From Trypethelium eluteriae (taxonomy: Eukaryota): a DNA stretch of 64,000 nt. The position numbers and the translations under genes are program-made. The DNA lies in assembly GCA_051942245.1 (NCBI GenBank), contig JAVECL010000005.1, positions 1 to 64,000 of the forward strand, in the 5' to 3' direction. Below are positions 13,975 through 27,342 of the stretch, one piece after another (within the stretch, counting starts at the first letter, position 1; each line of letters starts with the position of its first letter). Below the pieces are notes generated by a model. It did no database searches. It was not told where the DNA came from and saw nothing but the letters and a program-made list of their open reading frames with translations.

Positions 13975-15158
13975 GTCTGGAGCGATTCTGATGGGTGTCA
14001 TGTGTAACTCAAGGGACGCACATTCATGCCGCCCAGAACTGGCGACTGGAATCGAAATGGGAAGTGTCAATCAGGAAAGAAGCTTTGGCCTTAGCCGATA
14101 GTTGAGACCGGGTTGTCGTACGTTAGCGGAATGGGCTTCCCCATTCAAGACTACATATCTACGGTGACCCATGGGTGGAAGGGGCCAAATCCCTTCCCAC
14201 GAGGCAGGCGATAACACGCGCCTCAGAAAGGAACGTTAGAAGACCTACCCTAGCTAAATCTGCGCTCGTGTAGGACCAATCCTGCTGAATCAAACATGAC
14301 TCGAAATTACATCTAGGCCATCCATTTGGCAGCTTCGCGATATAGTTAGAAAAGCCTCGCACATGGATCAATATATTATTGATTGATGGACGCGCGTCAC
14401 CAGATCCTCTTGTCGTAGATGGGAGGGGTTCCGCTTGGTGGAATTTCTTGCAGATTGATTGAGCTGCTGTCAGTAGATTGGCGAGGCTAGAAGCTACCAA
14501 GATTTGCCCAGTGATAACCGTTATGTTGGTACATATCCCTAGCACCGATTCTTGTTCTTGGAAATCTTGATCCCAAAACGTAGGGTGGGCAACCCTGGTC
14601 AAGCAAGATCGCACCCGGATAGTATCTTCCCGGTAAGATTCACTAACTTCAATGGACAGTGTCTCAACTCTGCACCGCGTCGTATAGGATTGAGAAATGA
14701 GTCAAAGTTTAGAAAATACATTGCTCTAGCTACCAGAGTCTGATACTATACACTAGTTACTAAGTAGGCGAGACCTGGTCTCAAAAGCGACGGAGGAGAG
14801 GACCAGCCTATCCAGCGCAGATATGAAAGGTAATCTTTATTTTGGCTTCGAAAAGAAGCTTGATGATGGACGAGGGTACACCGGAGCTACAAAAACATCA
14901 GGAGTGTAGCATCCATCAAATCTAATGGTCCCAAAAAGCAGCCTACCCACCCCGAGAGAGCTTTTTAAGATAGTCCCCGTAAGCACAAAACTCCATCCAA
15001 TGCAGTGGTATAGTGCAGGAAAAAAGGGCCCACCAATGACATCGCACATGCGCTCGCAGATAACCTCCAACCTCTAGTCCTGATCGTGAGCTTTGTGCCA
15101 CGCCAGTCTGTATTTTACATCTAGTCTTCTTTGCCCGACCAGTATACGTCGTCAAAGG

Positions 15159-16283
15159 TTATTGCGCACTGACGGCGGACGGATTGCCAGAGTGGCAGCC
15201 ACGCTCGTGTCTCTTCATATTACTGCGAACGCTGAATGCCTTGCCACATCCCGCGTGTGGACATTTGAAAGGCTTTTCGCCAGTATGACTATGACTGTGG
15301 ATGCGCAGACTACTTGGTCTGGAAAACGCCTTGTTGCAGGTTTGACAGATGTATCGGTCTTGCGACTGGGGAAACGTTGCCTGACTTGACGCGCTGATGT
15401 AGTGATGATGCTGCCAGGGATTCCCGGCTCCGCCGAGCGGGCCATTCACTTGGACAGGTTGCGCCGGCGGAAAATTTGATGGTAGAGGTCGTTGACCATA
15501 TATCGGCGGTGCGCCATAGATGGGATGTTCCGGGGAATAATAAGATCCGGAAGATAGAGCTCCCGGTGAAGACCCATAGGGGGAATTGGCGTACGGGGAC
15601 ATGGACGCCTGTGAAGGAATGGAAGGTCGCTTTGGCAGCTGCACTGCTGTCGCTGCTTGTCGTTGCTGATGCGGCTCCAGGTTGTTTAACGTTTGGCCTA
15701 GTTGATACGGCTGGCTGGAAAAGTTCGATTGGCTCGATAGTGTCGAAGGAGACTGATTACCGTCAACAGTCGAGTCGGGTCTCATCGGTGGCGTAGGTGG
15801 CAAGGCCACTCTTGGGTTGCTCGCAATCGCAAGACCGTAAGTTTGAGCAGCTTGCTCTGGTTGACTCTCGGCCGATTCACGGCGCGACTTATTTGCTCCG
15901 GTATAACCTTGCTGTGACTGCGTTTGAGAGGCTGAGAAAGAAATCAGTAATGCTCGCGGTGAATGATGAGCTACAGGCAAGCGAGTATGCGGGTGCTTAC
16001 CTGAGTCCTGGCTAGGACGATCAGTATCTGCCATGGTCAAAAGGCTAGAAATGGATGGCAGTGAAGGCTTGTTGACTTCATCTTCCGGTGGTGATGGGGG
16101 CGATTGGGCGGCGGATGAATAAGCGTAATGCGCTGGATGAGGTTTCGAATAGGGATTAGGATGGAGAGCGGTCGCGACCTCTGCTTGAGGTTGTTGAGGA
16201 CGGCTCTGGGCGTGATAATGATGATGGGGAGTGGGGTACTGGTCTTCCACGCTGCGATGGTGAGTAAGGGTCGGGGGATTCAT
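15159..16283 (-). CDS. flbC: C2H2 zinc-finger developmental regulator FlbC-like
   Basis: Two C-terminal C2H2 fingers YICQTCNKAFSRPSSLRIHSHSHTGEKPFKCPHAGCGKAFSVRSNMKRHERGCH preceded by WQHHHY; LPSISSLL motif. First ATG at 16283; probable intron 15932-16000. Confidence 0.88.
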   Translation of the reverse strand: MNPPTLTHHRSVEDQYPTPHHHYHAQSRPQQPQAEVATALHPNPYSKPHPAHYAYSSAAQSPPSPPEDEVNKPSLPSISSLLTMADTDRPSQDSGKHPHTRLPVAHHSPRALLISFSASQTQSQQGYTGANKSRRESAESQPEQAAQTYGLAIASNPRVALPPTPPMRPDSTVDGNQSPSTLSSQSNFSSQPYQLGQTLNNLEPHQQRQAATAVQLPKRPSIPSQASMSPYANSPYGSSPGALSSGSYYSPEHPIYGAPPIYGQRPLPSNFPPAQPVQVNGPLGGAGNPWQHHHYISASSQATFPQSQDRYICQTCNKAFSRPSSLRIHSHSHTGEKPFKCPHAGCGKAFSVRSNMKRHERGCHSGNPSAVSAQ

Positions 16284-17255
16284 TGCTCGCAAGATTGAAC
16301 GCGATAGCGTCGACAGAAGTTCAAGATAAAGACGGGGCACAGGAAAAAAGCATGAGTAAAGGATGGCGGTGCCAGGGAAGGTAATGTCGAGGAGCAAGGC
16401 AGGTAGCTGGGCTGATCAATGGCCTCGTGGTGCAGGTGTTTGGTCGAGTCGAGCAGTGGTCGGGGGGATGGTGATGATAGTCAGTGATTGCGAAAAGGCC
16501 GTTACAGACAGACAGACAGGGTGGGTGGGTCTGACGAATCCCCGAGCGTGGAGAAGATGATAGGTGAACGTTTGAGGCGCGGGCCGTTATATTCTGGAAG
16601 GCATGCAAATCCACGAATCCACTTTCGACAGCTGCAGCTGTGGAGGGTACCCGAGCGCCCCAGCCCGTAAAGTCGTACGATGGCAGGCAAGTTTTCACCC
16701 AGGGCCGGGTCCCATTTGGGAGCGAGGTGGAGGGGCTATCGCAGGGATCCAGATCCGCAAATCCTCCCCTGCCTGTCATCGATATTGCGCCGGTTATGGC
16801 CCTTCTTTGGGGAATGAGGCGCGCAGAGAGGCCTGGCGACACCCAGCACCCCCAGCACCCCCAGCGTCCCCTTCAGTCACGACCATCGGGCGCTGGAGAT
16901 CGGCAGGGAGGCTCGCACCGAACGGCTCTAGGGCCAACTTCCTGGATAAATTCCTCGGCTACAGCACTGCGTAGGTACAGTACCAGAACCCGCCGTCAGG
17001 TCACAGCGTGGATCCGGGTCCGGGACCTCATCCTGGAGCTCGTGAGTGTTGCGAGCATGGCAGGAGGGGCAGACCTGATCATGCTCAGGGCCTGAGAGGG
17101 GGGGTCCAGCGATAGATCTGGTGGCGCCGGGCCAAATCGATCGCCGGGCAGAAGATGGTGCGTTGGTGCCTTCCTGGGCCTGGACAAATATCCGGCGCGC
17201 GGTCACAACAATGAGCTAAGCTCACCTATCCTGCGAGCAGTGCATGAGGCTGAGA

Positions 17256-17300
17256 GGGCTTGGTGGGCTTGGTGGGCTTGAGGGGCTTGAGGGGCTTGAT
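17256..17300 (+). repeat. 9-bp tandem repeat GGGCTTGRN x5
   Basis: gggcttggt gggcttggt gggcttgag gggcttgag gggcttgat read directly. Confidence 0.9.
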
Positions 17301-20300
17301 AGTGGGCATAGCGAAGCGCACTTCGTTGGACAGAGGGGGCAAGCTAAGTGACGTTTGGATGGAAGGACGTTGGCAAATGGTTTAGCTGGAGCACATGGGG
17401 ATCAGCACGCCGCAACATGACGGCAACGGCGCCCGAAGCCATGAGCCAGGACACGGCGGCCCGCCATTGGCTGCCAGCTCTGCCATGCTCGTCTCGAAAT
17501 TGAGACGGCCTGACGGGGCCTCGAGAGTGAGCGACTGGTTGCGTGATCGTGACCGCGAAACTGGCGTTCACCACATCGCCGCCGCGCATCTCCCGTCATC
17601 CTGCAAGCAGCACGGCAGGGGCCGTCACAGCATCCCAATGGCTGCTGCATGCTGCGCCTAGGCAGCAGCCAGCATCGGAGTCCAGCTTGCAATTACCCAA
17701 GAGCAAGGACCAGATGTTTACCGCAAACAATTGCAGAGCACTTGCTTTCAATAGAGTCTGGTCTCCGGAAAGCGCCACCTGCTGTAACGCTGGTCCCGGC
17801 TTTGGGGATACTTAGTACCGTGCTCCGTAAGGAGGCACTTCGAAGCCGACGACTCGTACGATCAGGGGGAGCTTGCTCGACTATGCTTGAGGGCGGGATG
17901 GAGCAACGGCATTGAAGGTTTGATGGTTTCATGGGAAATATTGATGTGCAGGCATGAGGCAAGCGCGGAAAGGAGCAAATTTTGAAGTCACCTCGGTGCC
18001 TCGACTAGATACATACACCTCCAGGAGCGCCGAAAGACGCTTCTCTCAACCCCCGGCTGTGGATCATCGAAGCCGTCGTGCCGGAGAAGATCAGCAGCAT
18101 CCATGCACCCATGAACGACTACTGCAGCTATGAACCTAGCCAGCCAGGGGAGCCATGCACATCCCACCGCTCCGCCGGCGGTCAGACATGGCAGCGTGCG
18201 CTCCGCCCCCCGGCGGACGCTTTGGTGCGAGCACGCCCTCTCGCCCTTTTTTTTTCTGGCAAGGGCTAGGTGGGCTCTGTCCTGGGTTACGTATGCATCT
18301 CGCGACAGGCCTGATCGTTGCTACGCCACGCGAGCTGAAGCAAGACGCCAAGCGCTGCGTCTTTGTGCCAGACCAGGTCCTCATTCGTGGAACGCCCCAG
18401 TAATTACCAGATTTTGGAGTTTTACTGCTGGGACGTATACATGACATGCTAGGTCAGGTATCTTAGTCACCTATCCCGCAAATCCACGCATACCCATGAG
18501 ATGTCGCCTTCACGTAGCCCTCGTGAGACGATGCATAGTTCCTCTTCTTCTGGCTGCGACATTGAGGCTTTGTCACCGTCTCAGACCTTGACCGCCCGAA
18601 ACAGTACGAAACATTGGCGGGAGTCGTGGGCGAGACGAACAGAACGAATGCAAGGACAGGGACTAGGATGGTAATAGGCGACCGTTCAGTGGCAGCAAGA
18701 TCAGCGCAGATCCTGGCGTCGCTTCGCGTTGTCAACTGGCATCATCTCCTGACATCCTGGCCGTGATCTCCCCGCGCATGATGTACCTTATGCCAGCATG
18801 TCTCCAACAGCCGGGCCCTGTGTCACCATGTGCCATGCGATCGAAGTCCTACCACCTACATGCGAGCCCAGCAATGGCCACCAGCAGCAAGGCAGAGGGA
18901 CCGGAATTGCACATGGCATGGATGTAACCTGCGTCTTGGTGTTAAATTGTTTATTCTTTATCAATGCTCCGTAATGTTGGCGCACTTCCAGATCGGTCGG
19001 TTCCTCCTTCCAACTGAATCGGCTGCAAAATCCCTGCGTGATCTCCCCCGGCGCTAGCCAGACACTTTACTGACTTCGGAGCGGTGCGTTCCGACAGCTT
19101 GGCTCACTGAAATGAAAAAGCCCGATGGCCGCCACAGAAGTATGCCGCCAGAGCCCACGCTGTCGAGGTCGAGACTGTCAGAGACATAAGCCCATGTCCA
19201 TGCACCCGCATTTCGATTCATTGCAAGATTGAGCGCAGCGCCAGAGGAGCACGTTTACTCGCAGAAGGAGCCAGCAAATGCAACCCCTTCTAGCCGAGGA
19301 CTCTGTCCTTCCCGTCGATCATTTCAATCCTTGTTACTGCTTAGGGCTAAGTATCCATCAAGAAGCACTTCAAGCCGAACAATGCCCACCGACTCGAATA
19401 GGTGGTGTCGATCTTTGCGTATCTTCTTAGTCCCCGAGCTGGCCGCTTGCAAGTTATGGACGGTGCTTTATCAGACGCACGACAACAATGATTCCCTGGT
19501 TGTTCTTGTTCTCGTACTGACTCGAGGCAAGGCCGTGATCTAGGGCGAATCTTCATTTCCGGTTCTATACCGCTCAGATTGCCTGCCGCCAGCTTCACCT
19601 CGGGAAAGGCTGCCCACCCTGCCCAGGGAGGCAGCTGCTATGCACAATATCGAATGGAGGTCCCTAGCGATGGTTTACCAAAGTTCCAGAAGTCTCCCCC
19701 AGGTCTCAGACGTCCTCAATTCGGAAGCAGAAGGCGTAATTTTGAGCCGTTGGAAAGACTTGGGGCCTGATGCAAAGGCCCGCACTGACCATGCAGTTTT
19801 CTGCAAGACCTCGCGTCCGATCACTTCGCACAAAAACATGGACATAAGGTTTAAGAGATCTAGCTGCAATAAAGTCAGCTGCTGGGTGGACACTATCCGA
19901 GTCCCGCACTATGATTTTTCTTGCCTGCTCCCTGAGTAGGGCAGGAAATTTATTGTTGCATGCCACAAATAGCACAATTAGGTAACTAATGCTTCATGCA
20001 TGACATGATTTCTACGAGCAGGAGATACCGTGGCATACTGGATAGGATTTCCTCGTGGACTGGCAGGTGGAAATTGCTGAGATTGGCACCCGACAGAACT
20101 GACTGGTTGAAGATGGGGAGTAAGTGCCCAGTTAGGACTCGGGATTAATAGTATCCCTGTCTTATTAGGCCTGAATGGCAGGGTACGGCTACGAAACGCG
20201 CGGTCTCCAAGCAAGATGCATGCACCTGCTTCACGAACACCACTAGAACTATTACTTCCAACACACCAGCCTTTCCAAAAAGCGCCGTCCAACATGGAGG

Positions 20301-23150
20301 TCATTGGATATGGAAGACAATTTTCACGACTGATTGTGACCTGCTGCGCCATTATTGCCAGCTTGTCACGAACCATCTTTCCCTTCTATGTCATCCGGAG
20401 AAAAAAACCTTCTATACATGTCCAATATTTTTATTTGGTAGGTCGTTCAGCTTTATTGGCAAAGCTGTACGCGCGGCTACTAAGCCATCCGAATCAAGAG
20501 CTCTGGGGAGGATTTGGCGCAATTTGCCTATACTGCGGAAGACGTCATGACAGCTTCCTTCCATCGCAGGGGTCTTGGGCCACCCTCGTAAAATCCTACC
20601 TGGAAGATATCGCTCGAGAATCGCCGGTAGACACAAAATGCACTTCTGGCTACTGATACGGAATGTGGAGTACAATTGATTTGGTTCTGAAGCTTATTGA
20701 GGATCTATCAAAGGCGGTTTCTTTGGTAACCTCCTTCCTCCTGCAGTTAAGCCGTCATCTGCCCAGCTGAAATGCTGTACCTCACTTGTGCATTCCTATG
20801 GAACCTTGTGTAAAGCCTGCATGGCTCCTTTCCGGTTACACACCGTTGGTTGGCCACGGAATGGCATTAAGTGCATGAGCGGAACCGTGATCCTACTTTT
20901 CGGCCTGCCCATAACCGCAACATCATTGGTACTAGCGATAATCGCCACCTCGCAAAACCTGTCCATTGGCAGCATTGGATTCATGGCATCATGATCGCCC
21001 GGATCGGACAGCGCGCTGGTCCAACTTTGCGTAAGATACTTCAGGTCTGGCCACTGTTTGCTTGGAAATTGACAATGCATGCACACCCGTCCATGAGACC
21101 GGTATCGACTTACGCAGAGGACTCTTCCTTCTCTGGCTATGTCGCACCGAAAAGGAGTAAGTGAGCCTAGTAATTAGGGAGAGACGGCACCCGCGTCGGT
21201 TCTCTCACTTACACTCGCCGTCCCATACGAGCACAGAAGCGACAATGCTACCTGTCTGTACGGAGTACGGGCATCCGTCATGAGACCGGCCGGCCTCGGT
21301 TGCTTCCACCATAACGGTGTTCTCCACCTCATCAACGGCTTTTTTGAAACGGTTAGCGGGTCCGGTCAGGGACGGCTGGTTTCGCCAATTGATCTAATCC
21401 TTGTTCAATTCTCTCCCACCGCTTCCGTCCTGTCAAGTGACGATCCTCGAGTTGCCGGCCCGTTGTTCTGCGAAGGTCACTTTTTGGTTGGTGCGGTCGC
21501 CCAATTGAGAAATGCTCATATAATTCTGAAAGAGACCATTTTCAAAAAAGAACTGGCCAATAAACACAGCTCCTCGAAGCTACCTTATGTAATAGGGGCA
21601 GTCTTCTAGTATCTCGAATTTTCAAAGTCTTGAAACTCCAAGAACCCTGTTCCTTCTATCAGTCCTATGCAAAGCCAAGACTCGACATATCCTTTTCTTT
21701 ATTTTTTTTCTTTTATTTTTTTCCTTTTTTTTTTTTTTTGGGGATCTCAAAAAGGTTCAAGAAGGTTAACAGGGTCACAACAAGGATTAGAAGTATATGT
21801 ACTGCGAGGGCCAGTGCCAGTTTCTTCCCTGAACCGACTCGGGATTCGATCACTGATGTACTGGTGGGGATGAGCACGGCAATCGTAGCACTGACCCCTA
21901 GGCAGCTTTGCCCAATGCGGCACATGCCCATTACTGCGATACTGCGGACTTTGACCCTGGTCAACTCTTTTTCCGATCTACCCATAGTCCCGGGTAAAAT
22001 GATCCGCTTGCATCTTCTAGCGCTGACCTTCATCATAATCCCTGGTGCAGCTCGCCCTGGCTGCATCCTCTTCGCATGGAGCCGAGCTTAATGCCAATAA
22101 CCCATTGCTTTTACAGCAGTTGATCGTCGATGCTAAGCAGCTGTCAAAGGGCCCTGAATCGATTGCCATGACATAGTCTGTCCAAAGCTTTAACGGGCAT
22201 ACATATCTAGTCCCAAAACCATTCGACCTTGGTCTTCTGCTGCAGCAGACATAGTTCATGTTTATAGCGCTTGGCCGCGTAATAGGTTCGATTTAACCAA
22301 ATTCTCCGAAACACTATCCATCTCAAATACATGAAAAAGGCGCTGACGCTCAGATCTCCAGTTCGCTTGACGACAAACATGCACGTCTGGGACGCCAGTA
22401 AGGTTTGGCCCTCGCTTAAAGATGCTTCAAATCCTTCTTGGATTCAATTCGCCACCAGACCCTGCTCAAGGAGGATTCACGACAGCGATGTCTTGTCTGA
22501 TGTACGTGAGCCACGGCGCTCTCGCTGCGATCTTCTGCAAGCATTTTGACTTGCCGGGGATGCCGGGGATGCCGGGAAGGCAGGCACCGCAGGGATAAGG
22601 TGGATGGACCGCTTTGTCAAGGGAAAAAATTCTCCGATATCGACATGGCCCTCTCCTTGCTGGTGGTTTGAAGGCCTGCTCTGTCGTCTGGTTAGCACGT
22701 ATCATTACCTTTTTTGCAAAGTTTGAGTTTGTTATGCTTTTTCGTTGATACGCGTAAAGCACCCAGTGGTAATGCCCACGACACTAGCTGCCACGCAGCA
22801 GGCGTGGGATGATGATCTTCCGCCGGTGAAAGAGGCAATCGAATGGTGGAATCTTCCGCGTGCTCGTTTCATCGTCATCCTATGCCGACCTTTCCACTTG
22901 CATCAAACACGTGGACGCAGATCGTCGCAGCGAATTGACAGCAGTCGGTGGAGCACGTCGTCATCTCGACATCGCTACACACCATACAGACCATGAATTG
23001 TTACAGTACCTCAGTACATGTTTCACTAACATCTCCAGCCTTGGCTCCACCACCAGTTGTGCATGGTGATGTCGAATTCCAAATTGTTTTTCAGATGAAG
23101 AGGGGCCGTACCTTCAAAACATGCTTTATTTATGTGACTGATTTGAAAAT

Positions 23151-23766
23151 ATGTCTAGAACGTTTCAAGTGAAGAGAACGACTACCACGATTCCTCTGTC
23201 CATCGTTTCAAAGGACCTCTCCCTGCTCCTGCAACGTGTCCATGGCCACCCTACCGATGCTCCGTTGATTCATTCATTACATTTGGAATTAGCTAAACGA
23301 CAATGGAGGCGAAGTTCCGCTAATAGAGTCATGACGGACCTGGTCGATGGAGTGGTCATAGAGGTTGAAGAGGATGCTTACGCATTGTACACTCTAAAGT
23401 TATCCGAGGAGTAAGTTCATAATGAGTGGCGTAATTAAGCGGTATCCAAGGCTGAGGCACACCAATCCTTCCTATCTGGCCTTTACAGGAGGGAGTATCT
23501 TGTTGCATCTGCGCCCATTGATGCAAGCAAGCTGAGCAATCCGCAAATCGTGGACGCGCTTAGTTATAGGATACTGTCGTGAGTCTTGATTCATTGCTTC
23601 CTTGCAAAAAAGAATTTCTTAGGCATGGACTTATTACTTAGCACAAATTTCCTGCAAAACACCAAAGCCCGGTCTTAGGCAATTCCAAGACACAGTCCCG
23701 AGAGCAATCAGCGGAGAATTGAATAAAGTTTTCATGAACGCTTGCGCCAGAACGTTGAAATCTTGA
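23151..23766 (+). CDS. Possible small 3-exon hypothetical gene (start 23151 or 23331)
   Basis: Consensus donors GTAAGT (23411) and GTGAGT (23579) with acceptors at 23488 and 23678 give an uninterrupted frame ending TGA at 23764-23766. No recognisable homology. Confidence 0.3.
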
Positions 23767-23836
23767 GAGACTTCTAACGCTTCCCAAAGACGTCGCGCTC
23801 TTCTAAATTGATGTATTGAAGCCTTCTAATATTTCC

Positions 23837-25828
23837 TTATTCCTCCTCGCCATCGTCCCCTCCAGCACCTTCCCGGTCCTCGAATACCATGAACCCATTG
23901 TTCTCCTCTCCCACAATCCTCTCCCACACACTCCGTACACTCTCTAGGGTTCGGTCGTCGAGCGCGAGATCCAGCGGCACCGGCGCTAAGAGCATCACGC
24001 GCCCATCTGTATTAGTATTTGTATTTTCTTCACCACTCAATACCACCGGTGAGGTCGTGGCCATTTGCTCGTACTGCATCGACCACAAGACTGTGGGGGC
24101 TGGCTGCTCCTCGAGGCAATGCAAGATGCGATCGACGGCGTCTTTAAGAAGGACAACCCCTTTCTCTCCGGTGGCGGACGTGCTGGCGTAGAGGATGGCT
24201 AGCGAGTACGAGATTAGTGGGTACCAAAACATGCGCAGTATGAACATTTAGAAGGTAGGGAAGGGTGCCGATTTTCAGGATGTCAGAGATGAGATTTTCA
24301 TCAAAGATGTTGCAGACAATGTAGATAAGTATTCTTTAGTTGGTCATCATATTCGGCGAGTCGTAAGACAGGAGAGAACTCTCAGAGGCTAGTTGTAGAA
24401 TTTCATGTTGAGACCTTACCTTGACCATCTGGGCATTCGCCAGTATCGCTTGAATGAATGATCACGTGGACTGGTGGATGTTGCGAGTCTGTCCCTTCGG
24501 CGTCTGTCGAGACTAGGCTACCTGCCGGTACAACAACCACAGCTCCTGCCGGTATTGGTGCGTTCTCAACTACAGGAGGCAGGAGGGAAGAAAATGAAGC
24601 TGCCACGATCGAAATGCTTCTCGAAACGTGTGTCGCAATTCGCTCCGTAGTTCTACGCTCATGGGATTTCTCAACGTCCTGAGGCAAGTTATCTTCTTCG
24701 CCGACAAGCCAACCAGTCCGGACCACCGAACCATCACTGAGTCTGATTTGGAGAGACCTCGTATCATTTGATGAATCATCCACAACATTGCTGATTGACT
24801 GTGCTCCCATGCCAAGCACGTACACAGCGCCTCCAACAGCGCCAGCTCGGCAGCCAACCTGTGCAATTTCTGCAAGGCCACCCCACTTTGGAATCACGGC
24901 TCCAAACCCGGATCCAAAAACACCGATCGAGCGTAGATGCCTCGCTATCCGGGGCAGAGCATACTCTGTGGTTGTCGATTCGGAGGCATCCGGCGACAGC
25001 GTGAGAGCGAGGAGCGGTTCATGAAGCTCCTGTGGGATGTTGTATTGATCTGCTAGAAAGTCTGGCAGAGACCTGGCCCGGTACGAATCCCATTGCTCAT
25101 TCTGATTTTCAAAATCGGCCACAAATCGCAGAAAATTCATCAGAGAGCGTTTTGCTCGAAGATCAATATTCTCAGCTGAGAAAATATCTTCCCTCCCATT
25201 CGGGACCTCTAACAGTGTGCCTGCTTCGCTCGCCGCATTGCTGGGCCGTGCATCACCTCTTGGCGACGATGTTTCTTCATGAGACGATCTTGAACTGTAG
25301 ATATACCAACTCCCGATTGCTTGGAACTCGAGTTGTCGATAGACTTTGGAGGATACCAAGAACTGAAGAAGTGCCGAGCGCGAATAGATGATCTGAGGCG
25401 CTAAGGCGAGACTGTAGGCTCGAGAAAAGGACAAAGCTGGATGTGCGCCAGAGGATGGCTGGTCAGTCTGTCCAGATGATGCTGCATTACGGAAAGTTCG
25501 AGAGGGGGTATCTGCCGCGTTTTTAGCCTTCACACCTTAGAATCGACAAAAGAAAAAACTCGCAACCTTACTTTTAATCTTCTCTACCCATTCCTGCGCT
25601 TCCTGAAGGCTGAGGGCGGTCTCAGAGCCACCGTAAAATCCATTTTTGTCAATGTGGAGGATCTTCTTCTCAGTTCGAGATAGTGCTCTTGATTGAGGGG
25701 CTGCGTCAGTCAGACCTTGTCCACGCTGTCCCAGTACGAGGACGGGAGACGTACAAGGCAAGAAGAGATTGCTGCAAGCCTGTACCAGAGATCACAATAT
25801 CCCAGCTGGTACCATCTAGGGTTTCCAT
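23837..25828 (-). CDS. MRS6: Rab escort protein / Rab geranylgeranyltransferase component A (GDI/REP family)
   Basis: METLDGTSWDIVISGTGLQQSLLA; KKILHIDKNGFYGGSE; PKWGGLAEIAQVGCRAGAVGGAVYVLG; HSSDTGECP; acidic C-terminus; GT-AG introns. Confidence 0.88.
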
Positions 25829-26279
25829 GGCCAAGTCATCGTTATACCGATGTTGTAACGCAGGTGCCGTCGTGACGGGATGCCTGAGGTCGAGAATGGG
25901 TTCATGATGACTAAGAGGGGCGCTCTTGAGGCGCACATCGCAGCTTTCTGGCTTTTCGTCTCATCGCGCTCGCTGGCAGTTCATCCAACCGTGATGTGTC
26001 TGCAAGGCACCTGATGACTTCATTGTTCATCCTACAGGGCGCGTGAGATTAACCTGTCGTGCAAGTATCTACTGCTCTGGATTCACTGAAAGATGCAGTT
26101 CGTCGAGCTACGGTATATTTCGCCGTGTTTCATCCATTGCCAGAGTACGTCCACAAGAATGGACAGATGAGTCCTTTTGAAGCGGCTGGTGAAACAAGAA
26201 CCTGGACTCTGTCGCAATACGTCTTGCGTTGCGCTGTGAGCGTAACTGTAGCGACTCGCGAAATGATTGTAATGCTCGA

Positions 26280-27342
26280 TTATAAGTTACTCCTCTCTCT
26301 CGACTCTCCAGCTTCTACAAAATACCACTTCACTCCGCACATGTTGATCCATCCGTCTCCGCACAGCCCGGCTCCACTCGCTCGTTGCAGAATCCCATTA
26401 AACCTCTCCTTGCCCTCTACAGCTATCGTGATACTCACTAGTCCTTCCGGCTGACCCTCCTCGCCCCGAATGAAACCGAGTCTAGCATTCGTAAATGCTA
26501 GCAGGTCGCGACTCCGAGGTATGCCAAAGATCTCTTCCCATTGCCGCGATGCTGCCTCAGTTGCACTATCGTGAGGGCTCAGACGGAGGACAGCGCCAGC
26601 AAGGTGAAGATCTGAGTGACGTTTCATAGCAGCCGAATATGTGGGATATGATGAAAGCGGCCCGCACGCATGCCATGGTGAAAACGTCGTCATAAGAGGA
26701 GTGGGGTTCGATTGAGTCGCTTGATGAGAGTCGAGTTCGGGCATCATGCCACCTAGCCCAAGCGCATCAGATTTTCTAGATTGGAGACTGCAAAATGCAA
26801 GCCTGGGGTGAGAAGCTCCTACCCTTGATACCTTTGGGATGGTACTGCACACAAAGGCTATCGTCTTGGTCGTGAGTATAGATTACCTTTGCCAGCCCTC
26901 TAGACTCAATTCTCGCACGCTGTTTCGCAGCGTCTTTGGTCTGCATAATGATCATATATCCACCGTCCCCCCTTTTCGAGAGTAGCCGGCTAGCGGTAGT
27001 ATCGGATTTAATTGGTGACACGACCTGAATCGTTGTAATGAGAAGCTAGTAACATTGCGTTGACTCAGAAGAGTCTACCTCAATCATATCGCCACCGATG
27101 GCGACCAGAAAGTTATTCAGACCCCATTGAGACACCTGTGGATCTACGTACACGACCTCTGTACCAAGCACATAAGTCTAAAGAACAAGAGTGAGTTGAC
27201 AAATATGGTCTGTGCAGTTCGTCCGACATAAGCGTACAAGAAGTCTTTCTACTCTGCTCAAATCATGCGCAACAAGAGCAATTTGACGCAGGCGATGCTG
27301 GGAGGTAGACGACGGATCTGGACGTTTTGGAACTTCAGACAT
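26280..27342 (-). CDS. Glyoxalase/VOC-like domain protein, multi-exon, C-terminal -SNL
   Basis: Spliced product MSEVPK...HRLRQIALVAHDL...QWGLNNFLVAIGGDMIE|VVSP...RLLSKRGDGGYMIIMQ...VQYHPKGIKG|GMMPELD. I recognise this pattern as a glyoxalase-like family also found in bacteria. Confidence 0.75.

Noticed and set aside
14159..14614. 151-aa minus-strand ORF between ARC19 and flbC
   Set aside because: No motifs; lies between converging 3' ends; likely chance.
19229..22996. Numerous 60-150 aa ORFs, a poly-T tract (~21700-21740) and (GCCGGGGAT)x3 near 22553
   Set aside because: No recognisable protein or transposon motifs; simple repeats only.
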